Assembly: GCF_024502345.1 (NCBI RefSeq) | Contig: NZ_JALDNN010000001.1 | From: Escherichia coli | GTDB taxonomy: Bacteria; Pseudomonadota; Gammaproteobacteria; Enterobacterales; Enterobacteriaceae | Strand: one strand, 5' to 3' | DNA: 64,000 nt | Shown here: piece after piece, positions 26,449 to 39,051 of the stretch | Position numbering within the stretch: position 1 is the stretch's first letter | Layout of the letters: the number at the start of each line of letters is the position of its first letter | The notes under the pieces: generated by a model | Told to the model about the DNA's origin: nothing | Database searches by the model: none | Seen by the model: only the letters and a program-made list of their open reading frames with translations | Position numbers and translations under genes: made by a program

Positions 26449-27696
26449 ATGGCCATTAAAAAACGCAGTGCAACCGTTGTGCCTGGCGCATCCGGTGCGG
26501 CAGCGGCAGTTAAGAATCCGCAGGCCTCTAAAAGCAGCTTCTGGGGTGAACTCCCGCAGCATGTGATGTCAGGGATTTCACGCATGGTGCCGACCTTAAT
26601 TATGGGCGGTGTGATCCTCGCTTTCAGCCAGTTAATTGCTTATAGCTGGCTTAAAATTCCTGCTGAGATCGGCATCATGGATGCTCTTGATAGCGGGAAA
26701 TTCTCCGGTTTCGACCTCTCCTTACTTAAATTTGCCTGGTTGTCGCAGTCCTTCGGCGGCGTGTTGTTTGGTTTTGCCATTCCGATGTTTGCTGCTTTTG
26801 TGGCGAACTCTATCGGTGGCAAACTGGCGTTTCCGGCTGGTTTTATCGGCGGCTTGATGTCTACCCAGCCGACGCAACTGCTGAACTTCGATCCCAGCAC
26901 TATGCAATGGGCGACCTCTTCGCCGGTGCCGTCCACCTTCATTGGTGCGCTGATTATATCTATCGTTGCTGGTTACCTTGTGAAATGGATGAACCAGAAA
27001 ATCCAGTTACCAGATTTCCTGTTAGCGTTCAAAACCACATTTTTGCTACCGATTCTTTCCGCCATTTTTGTCATGCTGGCGATGTACTACGTCATCACCC
27101 CATTTGGTGGCTGGATCAACGGCGGTATCCGTACCGTGCTGACTGCCGCAGGTGAGAAGGGCGCGCTGATGTACGCAATGGGGATCGCCGCGGCGACAGC
27201 AATCGACCTTGGTGGCCCGATCAACAAAGCCGCAGGTTTTGTTGCCTTCAGCTTTACCACTGACCACGTATTACCGGTCACCGCACGTTCTATCGCTATC
27301 GTTATTCCGCCGATTGGTCTGGGTCTGGCGACCATTATTGACCGTCGTTTAACCGGCAAACGCCTGTTCAACGCACAACTTTATCCGCAGGGTAAGACCG
27401 CGATGTTCCTTGCCTTTATGGGGATTAGTGAGGGTGCAATTCCGTTTGCACTGGAAAGCCCCATCACCGCCATTCCGTCGTATATGGTCGGCGCGATTGT
27501 CGGCTCAACCGCAGCTGTCTGGCTGGGCGCAGTGCAATGGTTCCCGGAGTCCGCTATCTGGGCATGGCCACTGGTCACTAACCTCGGCGTCTACATGGCG
27601 GGGATCGCGCTGGGGGCAGTCATTACTGCGCTGATGGTGGTGTTCCTGCGTCTGATGATGTTCCGTAAAGGCAAATTGTTAATCGATAGCCTGTAA
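26449..27696 (+). CDS. fryC: PTS fructose-like EIIC permease
   Basis: 415-aa polytopic membrane protein directly following fryB. Confidence 0.9.
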   Translation: MAIKKRSATVVPGASGAAAAVKNPQASKSSFWGELPQHVMSGISRMVPTLIMGGVILAFSQLIAYSWLKIPAEIGIMDALDSGKFSGFDLSLLKFAWLSQSFGGVLFGFAIPMFAAFVANSIGGKLAFPAGFIGGLMSTQPTQLLNFDPSTMQWATSSPVPSTFIGALIISIVAGYLVKWMNQKIQLPDFLLAFKTTFLLPILSAIFVMLAMYYVITPFGGWINGGIRTVLTAAGEKGALMYAMGIAAATAIDLGGPINKAAGFVAFSFTTDHVLPVTARSIAIVIPPIGLGLATIIDRRLTGKRLFNAQLYPQGKTAMFLAFMGISEGAIPFALESPITAIPSYMVGAIVGSTAAVWLGAVQWFPESAIWAWPLVTNLGVYMAGIALGAVITALMVVFLRLMMFRKGKLLIDSL

Positions 27697-27710
27697 GAAG
27701 GAAAATCCAG

Positions 27711-28796
27711 ATGACATTACTCGCTTCGCTGCGTGACTGGCTTAAGGCGCAACAACTGGATGCGGTGCTTCTCTCCTCACGGCAGAACAAACAGCCGCAT
27801 CTGGGGATCTCCACCGGATCAGGCTATGTGCTGATTAGCCGTGAAAGTGCGCACATTCTGGTGGACTCGCGCTATTACGCGGATGTAGAAGCCCGCACGC
27901 AAGGTTACCAGCTGCATTTGCTTGACGCGACGCACACGCTTACAACCATCGCCAGGCAAATCATTGCCGATGAGCAGTTGCAAACGCTCGGTTTTGAAGG
28001 CCAGCAGGTGAGTTGGGAAACCGCGCACCGCTGGCAGTCTGAACTCAATGCGAAACTGGTTAGCGCCACGCCGGATGTGCTGCGGCAAATCAAAACGCCA
28101 GAGGAGGTGGAGAAAATCCGCCTTGCCTGTGGGATTGCCGATCGCGGTGCAGAGCATATTCGCCGCTTTATTCAGGCGGGGATGAGCGAGCGCGAGATAG
28201 CCGCTGAACTGGAGTGGTTTATGCGCCAGCAGGGCGCAGAAAAAGCCTCTTTTGACACCATTGTTGCCAGTGGCTGGCGTGGGGCGCTGCCGCACGGCAA
28301 AGCCAGCGACAAGATTGTTGCAGCGGGCGAGTTTGTCACTCTCGATTTCGGTGCGCTCTATCAGGGCTACTGCTCTGATATGACGCGCACCTTGCTGGTG
28401 AATGGCGAAGGGGTGAGCGCCGAATCTCATCCGCTGTTTAACGTCTATCAGATTGTTTTGCAGGCACAGCTCGCAGCAATCTCTGCAATTCGCCCCGGCG
28501 TGCGCTGCCAGCAGGTTGACGAAGCCGCGCGTCGGGTGATTACCGAGGCAGGTTTTAGCCACTATTTCAGTCATAACACCGGTCATGCTATCGGCATTGA
28601 AGTTCATGAAGATCCGCGTTTTTCACCGCGGGACACCACGACGCTACAGCCAGGCATGTTACTGACCGTGGAGCCGGGGATTTATTTGCCAGGGCAAGGG
28701 GGCGTGCGCATCGAAGATGTTGTGCTGGTTACCCCGCAAGGCGCAGAAGTGCTCTACGCCATGCCGAAAACAGTGTTGCTCACGGGAGAGGCATAA
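27711..28796 (+). CDS. ypdF: Xaa-Pro aminopeptidase (M24 family)
   Basis: 361 aa; metal-ligand histidine motif [13 protein letters not shown]. Confidence 0.9.
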   Translation: MTLLASLRDWLKAQQLDAVLLSSRQNKQPHLGISTGSGYVLISRESAHILVDSRYYADVEARTQGYQLHLLDATHTLTTIARQIIADEQLQTLGFEGQQVSWETAHRWQSELNAKLVSATPDVLRQIKTPEEVEKIRLACGIADRGAEHIRRFIQAGMSEREIAAELEWFMRQQGAEKASFDTIVASGWRGALPHGKASDKIVAAGEFVTLDFGALYQGYCSDMTRTLLVNGEGVSAESHPLFNVYQIVLQAQLAAISAIRPGVRCQQVDEAARRVITEAGFSHYFSHNTGHAIGIEVHEDPRFSPRDTTTLQPGMLLTVEPGIYLPGQGGVRIEDVVLVTPQGAEVLYAMPKTVLLTGEA

Positions 28797-29833
28797 TGGA
28801 TTTATCGCTATTAAAAGCGTTGAGCGAGGCAGATGCGATCGCCTCCTCGGAACAGGAAGTGCGGCAGATCCTGCTGGAAGAAGCGGATCGCCTGCAAAAA
28901 GAAGTGCGATTTGATGGTCTGGGATCGGTGCTGATCCGCCTGAATGAATCGACAGGTCCGAAGGTGATGATCTGTGCGCATATGGACGAAGTGGGATTTA
29001 TGGTGCGCAGCATCTCCCGCGAAGGGGCGATTGATGTGCTGCCGGTTGGCAATGTACGCATGGCTGCCCGCCAGCTGCAGCCGGTGCGCATCACCACCCG
29101 TGAAGAGTGCAAAATTCCAGGCCTGCTTGACGGCGACCGGCAGGGGAATGATGTCAGCGCCATGCGCGTGGATATTGGCGCGCGCTCGTATGACGAAGTG
29201 ATGCAGGCGGGAATTCGTCCAGGCGATCGCGTCACGTTCGATACCACTTTTCAGGTTCTCCCCCACCAGCGGGTGATGGGGAAAGCCTTTGATGACCGCC
29301 TCGGTTGCTATCTGCTGGTGACGTTACTGCGCGAACTACACAGCGCTGAACTGCCTGCGGAAGTGTGGCTGGTGGCCAGTTCCAGCGAAGAGGTGGGGTT
29401 ACGCGGCGGGCAAACTGCCACCCGCGCGGTGTCGCCGGACGTCGCCATTGTCCTTGATACCGCCTGCTGGGCGAAAAACTTTGATTATGGCGCGGCTAAC
29501 CATCGCCAGATTGGTAACGGCCCGATGCTGGTGTTAAGCGACAAGTCACTGATTGCGCCGCCAAAACTCACCGCCTGGATCGAAACCGTGGCGGCAGAAA
29601 TTGGCGTGCCGTTACAGGCGGATATGTTCAGTAACGGCGGCACGGACGGTGGAGCGGTGCACTTAACCGGTACTGGCGTACCCACAGTGGTGATGGGGCC
29701 TGCCACCCGCCACGGACATTGCGCCGCGTCGATTGCCGATTGCCGCGACATTTTGCAGATGGAGCAACTTTTATCTGCACTTATTCAACGTCTTACGCGT
29801 GAGACGGTTGTTCAACTGACGGATTTCAGATGA
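28796..29833 (+). CDS. ypdE: M42-family aminopeptidase
   Basis: 345-aa ORF; start overlaps the ypdF stop (ATAATGG). Confidence 0.88.
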   Translation: MDLSLLKALSEADAIASSEQEVRQILLEEADRLQKEVRFDGLGSVLIRLNESTGPKVMICAHMDEVGFMVRSISREGAIDVLPVGNVRMAARQLQPVRITTREECKIPGLLDGDRQGNDVSAMRVDIGARSYDEVMQAGIRPGDRVTFDTTFQVLPHQRVMGKAFDDRLGCYLLVTLLRELHSAELPAEVWLVASSSEEVGLRGGQTATRAVSPDVAIVLDTACWAKNFDYGAANHRQIGNGPMLVLSDKSLIAPPKLTAWIETVAAEIGVPLQADMFSNGGTDGGAVHLTGTGVPTVVMGPATRHGHCAASIADCRDILQMEQLLSALIQRLTRETVVQLTDFR

Positions 29834-29857
29834 TCTCCTGATTAACCCGGAGCGGTT

Positions 29858-32353
29858 ATGTTAACGATTCAATTTCTCTGTCCTTTGCCTAACGGTCTAC
29901 ATGCTCGTCCGGCGTGGGAACTTAAAGAACAGTGCAGCCAGTGGCAAAGCGAAATCACTTTTATTAACCATCGCCAGAACGCAAAGGCCGATGCCAAAAG
30001 CTCGCTGGCGCTGATTGGCACCGGCACCCTATTTAATGACAGTTGCAGCCTGAACATTAGCGGCAGCGATGAAGAGCAGGCGCGGCGCGTGCTGGAAGAG
30101 TACATCCAGGTGCGCTTTATCGACAGCGACAGCGTTCAGCCTACGCAGGCAGAACTGACGGCGCATCCGCTGCCGCGTTCATTAAGCCGCCTTAACCCGG
30201 ATTTACTGTACGGCAATGTGCTGGCAAGCGGCGTCGGCGTGGGTACGCTGACCCTGTTACAAAGCGACAGCCTCGACAGTTATCGGGCAATCCCCGCCAG
30301 TGCGCAAGATTCCACCCGGCTGGAGCACAGCCTGGCAACGCTTGCCGAGCAACTGAACCAGCAATTGCGTGAGCGTGACGGCGAAAGCAAAACTATCCTC
30401 AGCGCCCATTTGTCGCTGATTCAGGATGATGAATTTGCAGGCAATATCCGTCGCCTGATGACAGAACAGCATCAGGGGCTGGGGGCGGCGATCATCAGCA
30501 ATATGGAGCAGGTTTGCGCCAAACTTTCTGCTTCTGCCAGCGATTATCTGCGCGAACGTGTTAGCGACATTCGCGATATTAGCGAACAGTTGCTGCATAT
30601 TACCTGGCCGGAACTGAAGCCGCGCAACAATCTGGTGCTGGAAAAACCGACTATTCTGGTGGCCGAGGATTTAACCCCAAGCCAGTTTTTAAGCCTGGAT
30701 TTAAAAAATCTTGCGGGCATGATTCTGGAGAAAACCGGGCGCACCTCGCATACCCTGATTCTGGCCCGCGCCTCGGCGATCCCGGTACTGAGCGGCCTGC
30801 CGCTGGATGCGATTGCCCGTTATGCCGGGCAACCTGCAGTGCTTGACGCCCAGTGCGGCGTGCTGGCGATTAACCCGAATGACGCGGTGAGCGGTTATTA
30901 TCAGGTCGCGCAGACGCTGGCGGATAAACGCCAAAAACAACAGGCGCAGGCTGCCGCGCAGCTGGCTTATTCCCGTGATAACAAGCGTATTGATATCGCG
31001 GCGAATATTGGCACCGCTCTGGAAGCGCCTGGCGCGTTTGCAAACGGCGCGGAAGGCGTCGGGCTGTTCCGTACCGAAATGCTCTATATGGATCGCGACA
31101 GCGCGCCGGACGAGCAGGAGCAATTTGAAGCCTACCAGCAGGTGCTACTGGCAGCGGGCGACAAGCCGATTATCTTCCGCACAATGGACATCGGAGGCGA
31201 TAAAAGCATTCCTTATCTGAATATTCCCCAGGAAGAGAACCCGTTCCTTGGCTATCGCGCGGTACGTATTTACCCGGAATTTGCTGGTCTGTTCCGCACT
31301 CAACTGCGGGCCATTTTGCGCGCCGCCAGTTTCGGCAACGCCCAGTTGATGATCCCGATGGTTCACAGCCTCGATCAGATCTTATGGGTGAAGGGCGAGA
31401 TCCAAAAAGCGATCGTTGAGCTTAAGCGCGATGGCCTGCGTCATGCAGAGACGATTACGCTGGGTATCATGGTGGAAGTGCCGTCGGTGTGCTACATCAT
31501 CGACCACTTCTGCGATGAGGTCGATTTCTTCAGTATCGGCTCCAACGATATGACCCAGTATCTGTATGCGGTAGATCGTAATAACCCGCGCGTATCGCCG
31601 CTGTATAACCCGATTACGCCATCGTTCCTGCGCATGTTGCAGCAGATAGTTACCACTGCGCATCAGCGAGGCAAATGGGTAGGCATTTGCGGTGAACTGG
31701 GCGGTGAAAGCCGTTATCTGCCGCTACTGCTTGGGCTGGGCCTGGATGAGCTGAGTATGAGTAGCCCGCGCATTCCGGCGGTGAAAAGCCAGCTTCGTCA
31801 ACTGGATAGCGAGGCGTGTCGGGAACTGGCACGTCAGGCGTGTGAATGTCGCAGCGCGCAGGAAATTGAAGCGTTACTCACCGCCTTTACGCCGGAAGAA
31901 GACGTTCGCCCGCTGCTGGCGCTGGAGAATATCTTCGTTGATCAGGCCTTTAGCAATAAAGAGCAGGCGATCCAGTTCCTGTGCGGTAACCTCGGCGTTA
32001 ACGGGCGCACTGAACATCCGTTCGAGCTGGAAGAGGATGTCTGGCAGCGGGCAGAGATTGTCACCACTGGCGTTGGTTTTGGCGTGGCGATCCCGCACAC
32101 CAAATCTCAGTGGATCCGTCATTCCAGTATCAGCATTGCCCGGCTGGCGAAACCGGTTGACTGGCAGTCAGAAATGGGCGAAGTCGAACTGGTGATCATG
32201 CTGACGCTGGGTGCTAACGAAGGGATGAATCATGTGAAAGTCTTCTCGCAGCTGGCGCGTAAACTGGTGAATAAAAACTTCCGCCAGTCGTTGTTTGCCG
32301 CGCAAGATGCACAAAGTATCCTGACGCTGCTGGAAACAGAATTAACCTTCTGA
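29858..32353 (+). CDS. fryA: multiphosphoryl-transfer PTS protein (HPr-like, enzyme I-like and EIIA-like domains fused)
   Basis: 831 aa; N-terminal HPr-like domain (LHARPAWEL), central enzyme I homology (…GRTSHTLILARA…, …RTMDIGGDK…), C-terminal EIIA-Fru-like domain. Confidence 0.93.
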   Translation: MLTIQFLCPLPNGLHARPAWELKEQCSQWQSEITFINHRQNAKADAKSSLALIGTGTLFNDSCSLNISGSDEEQARRVLEEYIQVRFIDSDSVQPTQAELTAHPLPRSLSRLNPDLLYGNVLASGVGVGTLTLLQSDSLDSYRAIPASAQDSTRLEHSLATLAEQLNQQLRERDGESKTILSAHLSLIQDDEFAGNIRRLMTEQHQGLGAAIISNMEQVCAKLSASASDYLRERVSDIRDISEQLLHITWPELKPRNNLVLEKPTILVAEDLTPSQFLSLDLKNLAGMILEKTGRTSHTLILARASAIPVLSGLPLDAIARYAGQPAVLDAQCGVLAINPNDAVSGYYQVAQTLADKRQKQQAQAAAQLAYSRDNKRIDIAANIGTALEAPGAFANGAEGVGLFRTEMLYMDRDSAPDEQEQFEAYQQVLLAAGDKPIIFRTMDIGGDKSIPYLNIPQEENPFLGYRAVRIYPEFAGLFRTQLRAILRAASFGNAQLMIPMVHSLDQILWVKGEIQKAIVELKRDGLRHAETITLGIMVEVPSVCYIIDHFCDEVDFFSIGSNDMTQYLYAVDRNNPRVSPLYNPITPSFLRMLQQIVTTAHQRGKWVGICGELGGESRYLPLLLGLGLDELSMSSPRIPAVKSQLRQLDSEACRELARQACECRSAQEIEALLTAFTPEEDVRPLLALENIFVDQAFSNKEQAIQFLCGNLGVNGRTEHPFELEEDVWQRAEIVTTGVGFGVAIPHTKSQWIRHSSISIARLAKPVDWQSEMGEVELVIMLTLGANEGMNHVKVFSQLARKLVNKNFRQSLFAAQDAQSILTLLETELTF

Positions 32354-32355
32354 CG

Positions 32356-33213
32356 TTAGCCCTGAAAACGGGCGCTGTACTCTCCCGGCGTCAGACCAAA
32401 CTGACGCCGGAAAACGCGACAAAAATAGTCGCTATCCGGAAAACCGCAACGCTGTGCCACTTCATGAATTGACAGATGATATTTCTGCAAAATCATCCTC
32501 GCCTTCGCCATTCGCACCCAACGCACATACTCGATAAAACGCATCGTTCCATGCTGAGCAAACAGTTTTGACAGATGATTGGGCGTGATATTAAAAAACT
32601 GCGCCACGCTCTCGCGGGTGAGCGGCTGGGCATAATTATCCTGAACCCAGTTACAAATGCTGTGATAGAGAAAATCGCCGCGCGGCTGCGAATTGCCCGG
32701 CGGCATATTCACCACGTTACGGCAAAGATGCAGCAAACTTAACACCAGCGGCTGAATGATATTTTGCTCCAGCGGCGAACGGCTAAGATGGGTGAGGGCG
32801 GTAAGCATCGCTTCACCTTCACCGCGTTGCAGGCTGGGAAGCTGGATCTGGCGAGCAGGATGCAACAACGACGTGGTGCGGCTATCGTAAAACGATAACC
32901 CAAGCCAGGTCGGAGCGAACACCAGGCTTAACAGCATCACCGGTTTGTTGTTGACCGGTAAATTAGCCGCGCGCGCCGGAATAAACAGCATTTCTCCTTC
33001 CACCAAACGTTGCTGCTTTGCTTCCAGCAGATTGCCGTATTCGCCGCGCAGCACGATATCCAGACGGGGAAAATCAATACATAAACTGCCCACCGGCAAC
33101 GAGGCAGGCTGGCTGGCAAACCAGACGCGCCCCAGTAGTTGCGGGTTAAGCACCAGGCCGCTGAACAGATCGGCGAAAAATTGTTGATCGGCGGGCAAGC
33201 CTGGTGCTTTCAT
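32356..33213 (-). CDS. ypdC: AraC-family transcriptional regulator YpdC
   Basis: 285 aa with C-terminal AraC-type HTH. Confidence 0.88.
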   Translation of the reverse strand: MKAPGLPADQQFFADLFSGLVLNPQLLGRVWFASQPASLPVGSLCIDFPRLDIVLRGEYGNLLEAKQQRLVEGEMLFIPARAANLPVNNKPVMLLSLVFAPTWLGLSFYDSRTTSLLHPARQIQLPSLQRGEGEAMLTALTHLSRSPLEQNIIQPLVLSLLHLCRNVVNMPPGNSQPRGDFLYHSICNWVQDNYAQPLTRESVAQFFNITPNHLSKLFAQHGTMRFIEYVRWVRMAKARMILQKYHLSIHEVAQRCGFPDSDYFCRVFRRQFGLTPGEYSARFQG

Positions 33214-33225
33214 GAAAGTTCCCGA

Positions 33226-33978
33226 TTAAAGATGCATTAACTGGCGGAATTCTTTAACTTTGCTGCGGCTGACCGGCACTTCAAAATCCAGATCTTTCAG
33301 CCGCAGAATATAGGTGTTATTAAACCACGGTTCGATTTCGCGGATTTTGTTCAGATTGACACAAAATGAGCGATGGCAGCGGAAAAAATGCGACGGCGGC
33401 AGTTTGCTGCAAAATTCGGTAATGTTCATCGGCATTACGTAGGATTCACGCCGCGTATAGACAAAGGTCATTTTCTCGTGCGCTTCGGCGTAATAGATAT
33501 CGTTAATTGGCGTGACGATGATTCGCTCATCTTTCACCAGATTAATGGTGTCATTCTCACGCGTTACCGTCGCGGCAGGCGTGCTGCTGGTCTGCTGTTG
33601 TTGCCAGGCCGCTTCCAGTTTTTGCAGCATCCCGGTAATGCGTGACTCCTGATACGGTTTGAGAATGTATTCAAACGCCTCCAGTTCAAACGCTTCTACC
33701 GCATGTTCTTTCCACGCGGTGATGAACACAATAAACGGTTTATGGGCGAACTGGCTGATGTTTTGCGCCAGCAACACACCATCCAGCGACGGAATATTGA
33801 TATCCAGAAAAATGGCGTCGACGCGGTTATGCTGCAAAAACTTCAACACGTCCAGACCGTCGTCAAAGGTGCCGACAATCTCCATCTGGCTGTGCTCTTT
33901 AATTAGCCAGCTCAGTTCCTGTTGTGCCAGGAATTCGTCTTCAACAATGATGACTTTCACAATATCACTCCGGCTCAA
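33226..33978 (-). CDS. ypdB: LytTR-family response regulator YpdB
   Basis: Receiver domain (…VIIVEDEF…) plus C-terminal LytTR DNA-binding domain; the true start may be an internal GTG about 6 codons into the listed ORF. Confidence 0.9.
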
Positions 33979-35672
33979 AGCAATAACGTAGCCTGTGAGG
34001 CGACTGGGGTGCGTTGGTTAGGAATGTAAAACGCAATTTCCGTTCCTGGTTCCAGGCGGCGGATATGCAGCCCCTCGCCATACAATAACTTCACGCGATG
34101 ATGGACATTCAGCAGGCCAATTTTATTGCCCGGCATTTCATTCGCTTCGACCCGCTCAATCACCTTTGGATCGATGCCGTGCCCGGTATCCCGCACCGCA
34201 ATGCGTACCCGATTGCCGCACTCTGCAACGCTGATGGTGACAACGCCTTTACCTTTGCAAGGCTGGATACCGTGGACAATGGCATTCTCCACCAACGGCT
34301 GGATCAGCAGGCTGGGAATGCAGCAATTCACCTCTTCATCAATATCATAGATAACCGTCAGCTTGTCGCCAAAGCGGGCCTGCTCAATGGCAATATAGTC
34401 TTTAATTTGATACAGCTCTTTTTTGATATCGATTTGCTCATCGTCTTTTAATTCAATGTTATAGCGCAGATAACGCGACAGATTAAAGATTAGCTGGCGA
34501 GCAGTATCCGGATTCAGACGGATTGACGATGAAATAGCGTTCAAAGCGTTAAACAGGAAATGGGGATTAATTTTGCTTTGCAGGGCGCGAAGCTCTGCCT
34601 TATTTGCCATTTCACGTAGCTGCTCGGCGCGTGAAACCTCCAGTTGCGTGGAGATGATTTGCGACAGACCAACCGCCATTTCCTGTAATGACGAGGTTAT
34701 CTGATGCGCGTGGCAGTAGTAAATTTTCAGCGTTCCGGTCACAACGCCTTTCTCCCACAATGGGATCACCAGCATGGAATGAATCTCTGGTGTGCGGTGG
34801 GCTTCATCATTGTTTTTAATGATGATTTTTCCGTAATTCATCGCCTGACGGGTAGTCGGGCTAATGAAGTCATCGCCGTTCTGATAGTTATGTTCACCCA
34901 CGCCAACATAGGCCAGCACATGATCGGTATTAGTAATCGCCACCGCATCGGCGTGAATGTCATCGCGAATAATTTCACAAACTTTGCGTAATGACTCGCT
35001 ATTGACATGGCGAAACAGAGGTAGCGTTTTGTTGGCGATATCCAGCGCCAGCTTGGCCTGCCGCGCGGCGCTGGCCTCTTTTTCGCCCTCAACGCTTTGC
35101 ACCAGAAGCACAATAAAGCCGATACAGACGCTGCCGAGGATCATTGGAATCCCGATTTTAGAGACGATATCGATCCCCAACGCGGTAGTTGGTGCCCAGA
35201 CAATCACCAGAATCATGGTCAACGTTTCACACAACATGCCGCCGAGAATACCGACGCGCCAGCGCTGTGCTTTGGGGATTTTCAGGTTGATCCAGCCCGA
35301 TATACAACCAGCCAGAATGCTGGTGATAAAGCAGGGGATCGCCGTCACGCCGCCGATATCAATTAAATAACGATGAATACCCGCAATCACGCCGGTAATG
35401 ATGCCCACCCACGGGCCAAACAGAATCCCGCCGGACATCACCGCGATAATACGTACGTTCACCAGCGAGCCTTCTACGGGAACGCCGGACCAGGTGCTGA
35501 AGAGGGCGAACAGCGAGAAAATGGCGGTAACGGCGAGCAACTCTTTCGGTGAGTGTGCCGACTTGTGCAACAGTTCGCGAAACAGGCGGATACGGATGAG
35601 AAAGAACAGGCAGATAAGCATTAACGCTGCCCGATCGAAGACCGCCAGCAGCATGTTGAATATTTCGTGCAC
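33975..35672 (-). CDS. ypdA: LytS-type sensor histidine kinase YpdA
   Basis: 565 aa; membrane N-terminus, GAF-like middle region, His-kinase core; stop overlaps ypdB start. Confidence 0.92.
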
Positions 35673-36048
35673 GGGTGACTCTGAATAAGGATTAAACCTC
35701 TATGATAGGTAACCTGAAGGCTGATGACCAGCAGGCCGTTTTTGAGGAAAAACCACAATTTTAAAAGGGGATTGATAGATAAATGGTGTATTAGCAATGC
35801 ATCTCTTGATAATGCACTTCTGGTTAGTAAATTTATTGAAATTATTATGTTAATAAAATGAGTGGTAATTTTCTTGTTAGCGCAGATAAATTTCCTGTTT
35901 TTAAAGCAGAGTTCCTCATTTAACGTCATTAATAAAAATGTTCTAAAACGCTGGACAGACAGAAATTAATCAGGCTATTTTCAAAACAGCCACCATCGTG
36001 GCAGCGTCGCTCGGACGGTCCGGGCGCTAACGTTAATCTGAGGAAATT

Positions 36049-37287
36049 ATGGCTGACACTCGCCCTGAACGTCGCTTTACGCGCATTGATCGTCTCCCGC
36101 CCTATGTTTTTAACATTACCGCTGAACTGAAAATGGCTGCGCGTCGGCGCGGCGAAGATATTATCGATTTCAGTATGGGTAACCCGGACGGTGCGACTCC
36201 GCCGCATATCGTCGAAAAATTATGTACTGTGGCCCAGCGCCCGGACACGCATGGTTACTCCACTTCACGCGGTATTCCGCGGCTACGTCGCGCCATTTCC
36301 CGCTGGTATCAGGATCGCTACGACGTTGAAATCGACCCGGAATCAGAAGCCATCGTCACTATTGGTTCGAAAGAGGGCCTGGCGCATCTGATGCTGGCGA
36401 CACTGGATCACGGTGACACAGTGCTGGTGCCGAATCCAAGTTACCCCATTCATATTTACGGCGCGGTGATTGCCGGGGCTCAGGTACGCTCAGTGCCGCT
36501 GGTGGAAGGTGTCGATTTCTTCAACGAACTGGAGCGCGCCATTCGTGAAAGTTATCCGAAACCGAAGATGATGATCCTCGGCTTCCCGTCGAACCCAACC
36601 GCGCAATGCGTGGAACTGGAGTTCTTCGAAAAGGTTGTGGCACTGGCGAAACGCTACGATGTGCTGGTGGTCCATGACCTGGCCTATGCCGATATCGTCT
36701 ACGATGGCTGGAAAGCGCCGTCAATCATGCAGGTGCCGGGTGCACGCGATGTGGCGGTCGAGTTCTTTACGCTGTCGAAAAGCTACAACATGGCGGGCTG
36801 GCGTATCGGCTTTATGGTTGGCAACAAAACGCTGGTCAGCGCGCTGGCACGTATTAAAAGCTATCACGATTACGGCACCTTTACGCCGTTGCAGGTGGCG
36901 GCGATTGCGGCGCTGGAGGGCGATCAACAGTGCGTGCGCGACATTGCCGAACAGTACAAACGCCGCCGTGATGTATTGGTTAAAGGGCTGCATGAAGCGG
37001 GCTGGATGGTCGAAATGCCGAAGGCTTCGATGTATGTCTGGGCGAAAATACCGGAACCGTATGCTGCCATGGGCTCGCTGGAATTTGCCAAGAAATTGCT
37101 TAACGAAGCGAAGGTCTGTGTCTCTCCGGGGATTGGCTTTGGCGACTATGGTGATACGCATGTGCGCTTTGCACTGATTGAAAACCGCGACCGTATTCGT
37201 CAGGCGATTCGTGGGATTAAAGCGATGTTCCGTGCCGACGGTTTACTACCCGCCAGCAGCAAACATATTCACGAAAACGCGGAATAA
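36049..37287 (+). CDS. alaC: glutamate-pyruvate aminotransferase AlaC
   Basis: 412 aa, class I aminotransferase with PLP-lysine context ([16 protein letters not shown]). Confidence 0.95.
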   Translation: MADTRPERRFTRIDRLPPYVFNITAELKMAARRRGEDIIDFSMGNPDGATPPHIVEKLCTVAQRPDTHGYSTSRGIPRLRRAISRWYQDRYDVEIDPESEAIVTIGSKEGLAHLMLATLDHGDTVLVPNPSYPIHIYGAVIAGAQVRSVPLVEGVDFFNELERAIRESYPKPKMMILGFPSNPTAQCVELEFFEKVVALAKRYDVLVVHDLAYADIVYDGWKAPSIMQVPGARDVAVEFFTLSKSYNMAGWRIGFMVGNKTLVSALARIKSYHDYGTFTPLQVAAIAALEGDQQCVRDIAEQYKRRRDVLVKGLHEAGWMVEMPKASMYVWAKIPEPYAAMGSLEFAKKLLNEAKVCVSPGIGFGDYGDTHVRFALIENRDRIRQAIRGIKAMFRADGLLPASSKHIHENAE

Positions 37288-37351
37288 ACACCGACCTCAG
37301 AAATGCAAACAGGAGCCTGATGGCTCCTGTTTTTCATTGCACAGTTTGCTT

Positions 37352-37423
37352 TTAGATCATCAGGGCAAAAGTACCGGCCCAAACGATGACCATAAAAGAA
37401 ATGCCCATAAAGAAATATTTCAC
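37352..37423 (-). CDS. ypdK: small membrane protein YpdK (23 aa)
   Basis: Minus-strand ORF encoding (M/V)KYFFMGISFMVIVWAGTFALMI; here it begins with GTG. Below the ORF-track size cutoff. Confidence 0.6.
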   Translation of the reverse strand: MKYFFMGISFMVIVWAGTFALMI

Positions 37424-37778
37424 TTTACATCTCTCCGCGTAATTGCTGTTACGCCTGAATGACTTCATTACACCTGATACAGTGAGTTGACACCGGGCAA
37501 AACGACCTTAAAAGTCCTGTATTTTACCGTGGGCATCACCCCAGAATTCTGAGCTAAACTGCTCGAGACGGCGCTAATGTACGCCTAAAACTGAAACGAG
37601 ACAAGAGGCATTTTCTTATTTACTTTTAGTAACTTACAGGTGTCTCATATCGGCGACAGTTTAATTTCTGACGGTAATAATTAGATGTTCAGCGAAGGAA
37701 AAAACCTTAAGAAAAAAGCCATAAAAACCATGAGGTTATTATGGCTTATGTGAGGAGGTAAAGAGTCAGAGCAGTTTG

Positions 37779-38699
37779 TTAAATGTATAACGACGATTCT
37801 CCCACCGGGCGCGTTTTAAAGCGACGGTGGATCCAGAGGTACTGCTCCGGTGCACGCATGATCTCTTTCTCGATAATCTTGTTCATATAGGCAGCGGCTT
37901 GATTTTCATCTGTCGGGTAGCCTTCCATCTCTGGGGTGATGAACAAACGATATCCGCTGTAATCCGCTTTTCTTACCATCGTTACGGTCAACATGGCTGC
38001 GCCAGAGAGACGGGAGAGAACATAGGTGCCATTGGTTGTGGCGACATTTTCTACCGCAAAGAACGGCGCGAAGGAGCTGCCTTTACGACCATAATCCTGA
38101 TCGGGAGCAAACCATACCGCTTCACCTTTCTTCAGTGCACTGACAATGCCGCGCAGATTATTTCTGCCGATCATCGCTTTGTTAGAGCGCATGCGACCAC
38201 GGGTCTGCACCCATTCCATCAGCTGATTATTATGTGGACGATAGGTAGCCATCATTGGCTGACAAAGTCCCATCACGCGACCGCCCAGTTCCAGCGACAT
38301 AAAATGGACGCCGACAACCATTACGCCGCGATTTTGCATTTGTGCGCGTTTAAGGTTATCCAGCCCTTCAACATCAAACCATTTACGTACGCGACTGTCG
38401 GGCCAGAACCACGCCATGCCGGTTTCTACCAGCGCCATGCCGAGTGAACGAAAGTTTTCGGCAATCATCTTCTCGCGTTCTTCCGCAGAATGCTGCGGGA
38501 AGCAAAGTTCCAGGTTTTTACGGGCGATAGATTCACGCCGTTTCAGGAATGGTCGCGCCATTGCGCCAATACGCGTGCCGAGAAAGCAGAGAACAGGATA
38601 AGGAAGCTGTACCCAAAGCCAGAGTACACCAAGCCCAAACCATGTGAGCCAGTAGCGAGGATGTAGAAACTCGCGGGAAAATTTGCATTGTGGAAACAT
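37779..38699 (-). CDS. lpxP: cold-induced lipid A palmitoleoyl-ACP acyltransferase
   Basis: 306-aa product starting MFPQCKFSREFLHPRYWLTWFGLG; the ORF-track start at 38765 is an upstream in-frame ATG. Confidence 0.93.
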   Translation of the reverse strand: MFPQCKFSREFLHPRYWLTWFGLGVLWLWVQLPYPVLCFLGTRIGAMARPFLKRRESIARKNLELCFPQHSAEEREKMIAENFRSLGMALVETGMAWFWPDSRVRKWFDVEGLDNLKRAQMQNRGVMVVGVHFMSLELGGRVMGLCQPMMATYRPHNNQLMEWVQTRGRMRSNKAMIGRNNLRGIVSALKKGEAVWFAPDQDYGRKGSSFAPFFAVENVATTNGTYVLSRLSGAAMLTVTMVRKADYSGYRLFITPEMEGYPTDENQAAAYMNKIIEKEIMRAPEQYLWIHRRFKTRPVGESSLYI

Positions 38700-39051
38700 A
38701 GTTACCTTCTGTAGATACGAATTGTTGTATCGCAGAAGATTCCATGTCGACAGCGGTACACTCAATTGGTTGGGCCATCATGTACGACAATGGTTCCTGT
38801 AAAGAGTGTAAAGACTAGTCAGGACATAACCACGAGGAGCATGAATGCGGTGGCTCTACTTTATCACTGGCTGACTGCTTTCAGCTACTGATTATTAATC
38901 GTGCAAAGTAAAAAATTTTCCGCACGCAATAGTGTTGCATTTAACATGCTGTTTTCATTGATGCTTAGCAAAAATTGCCAGAGGTTAAGGATTGTCTTAC
39001 TATTAAAGTGACTGAAGTTACAGGTTTTTTAGCGCGGCAGGAGGTTGAGCT

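Noticed and set aside
38766-39051. AT-rich region with a possible small ORF between lpxP and yfdY
   Set aside because: No ORF of at least 60 codons and no convincing RBS-linked start; treated as promoter/intergenic sequence.
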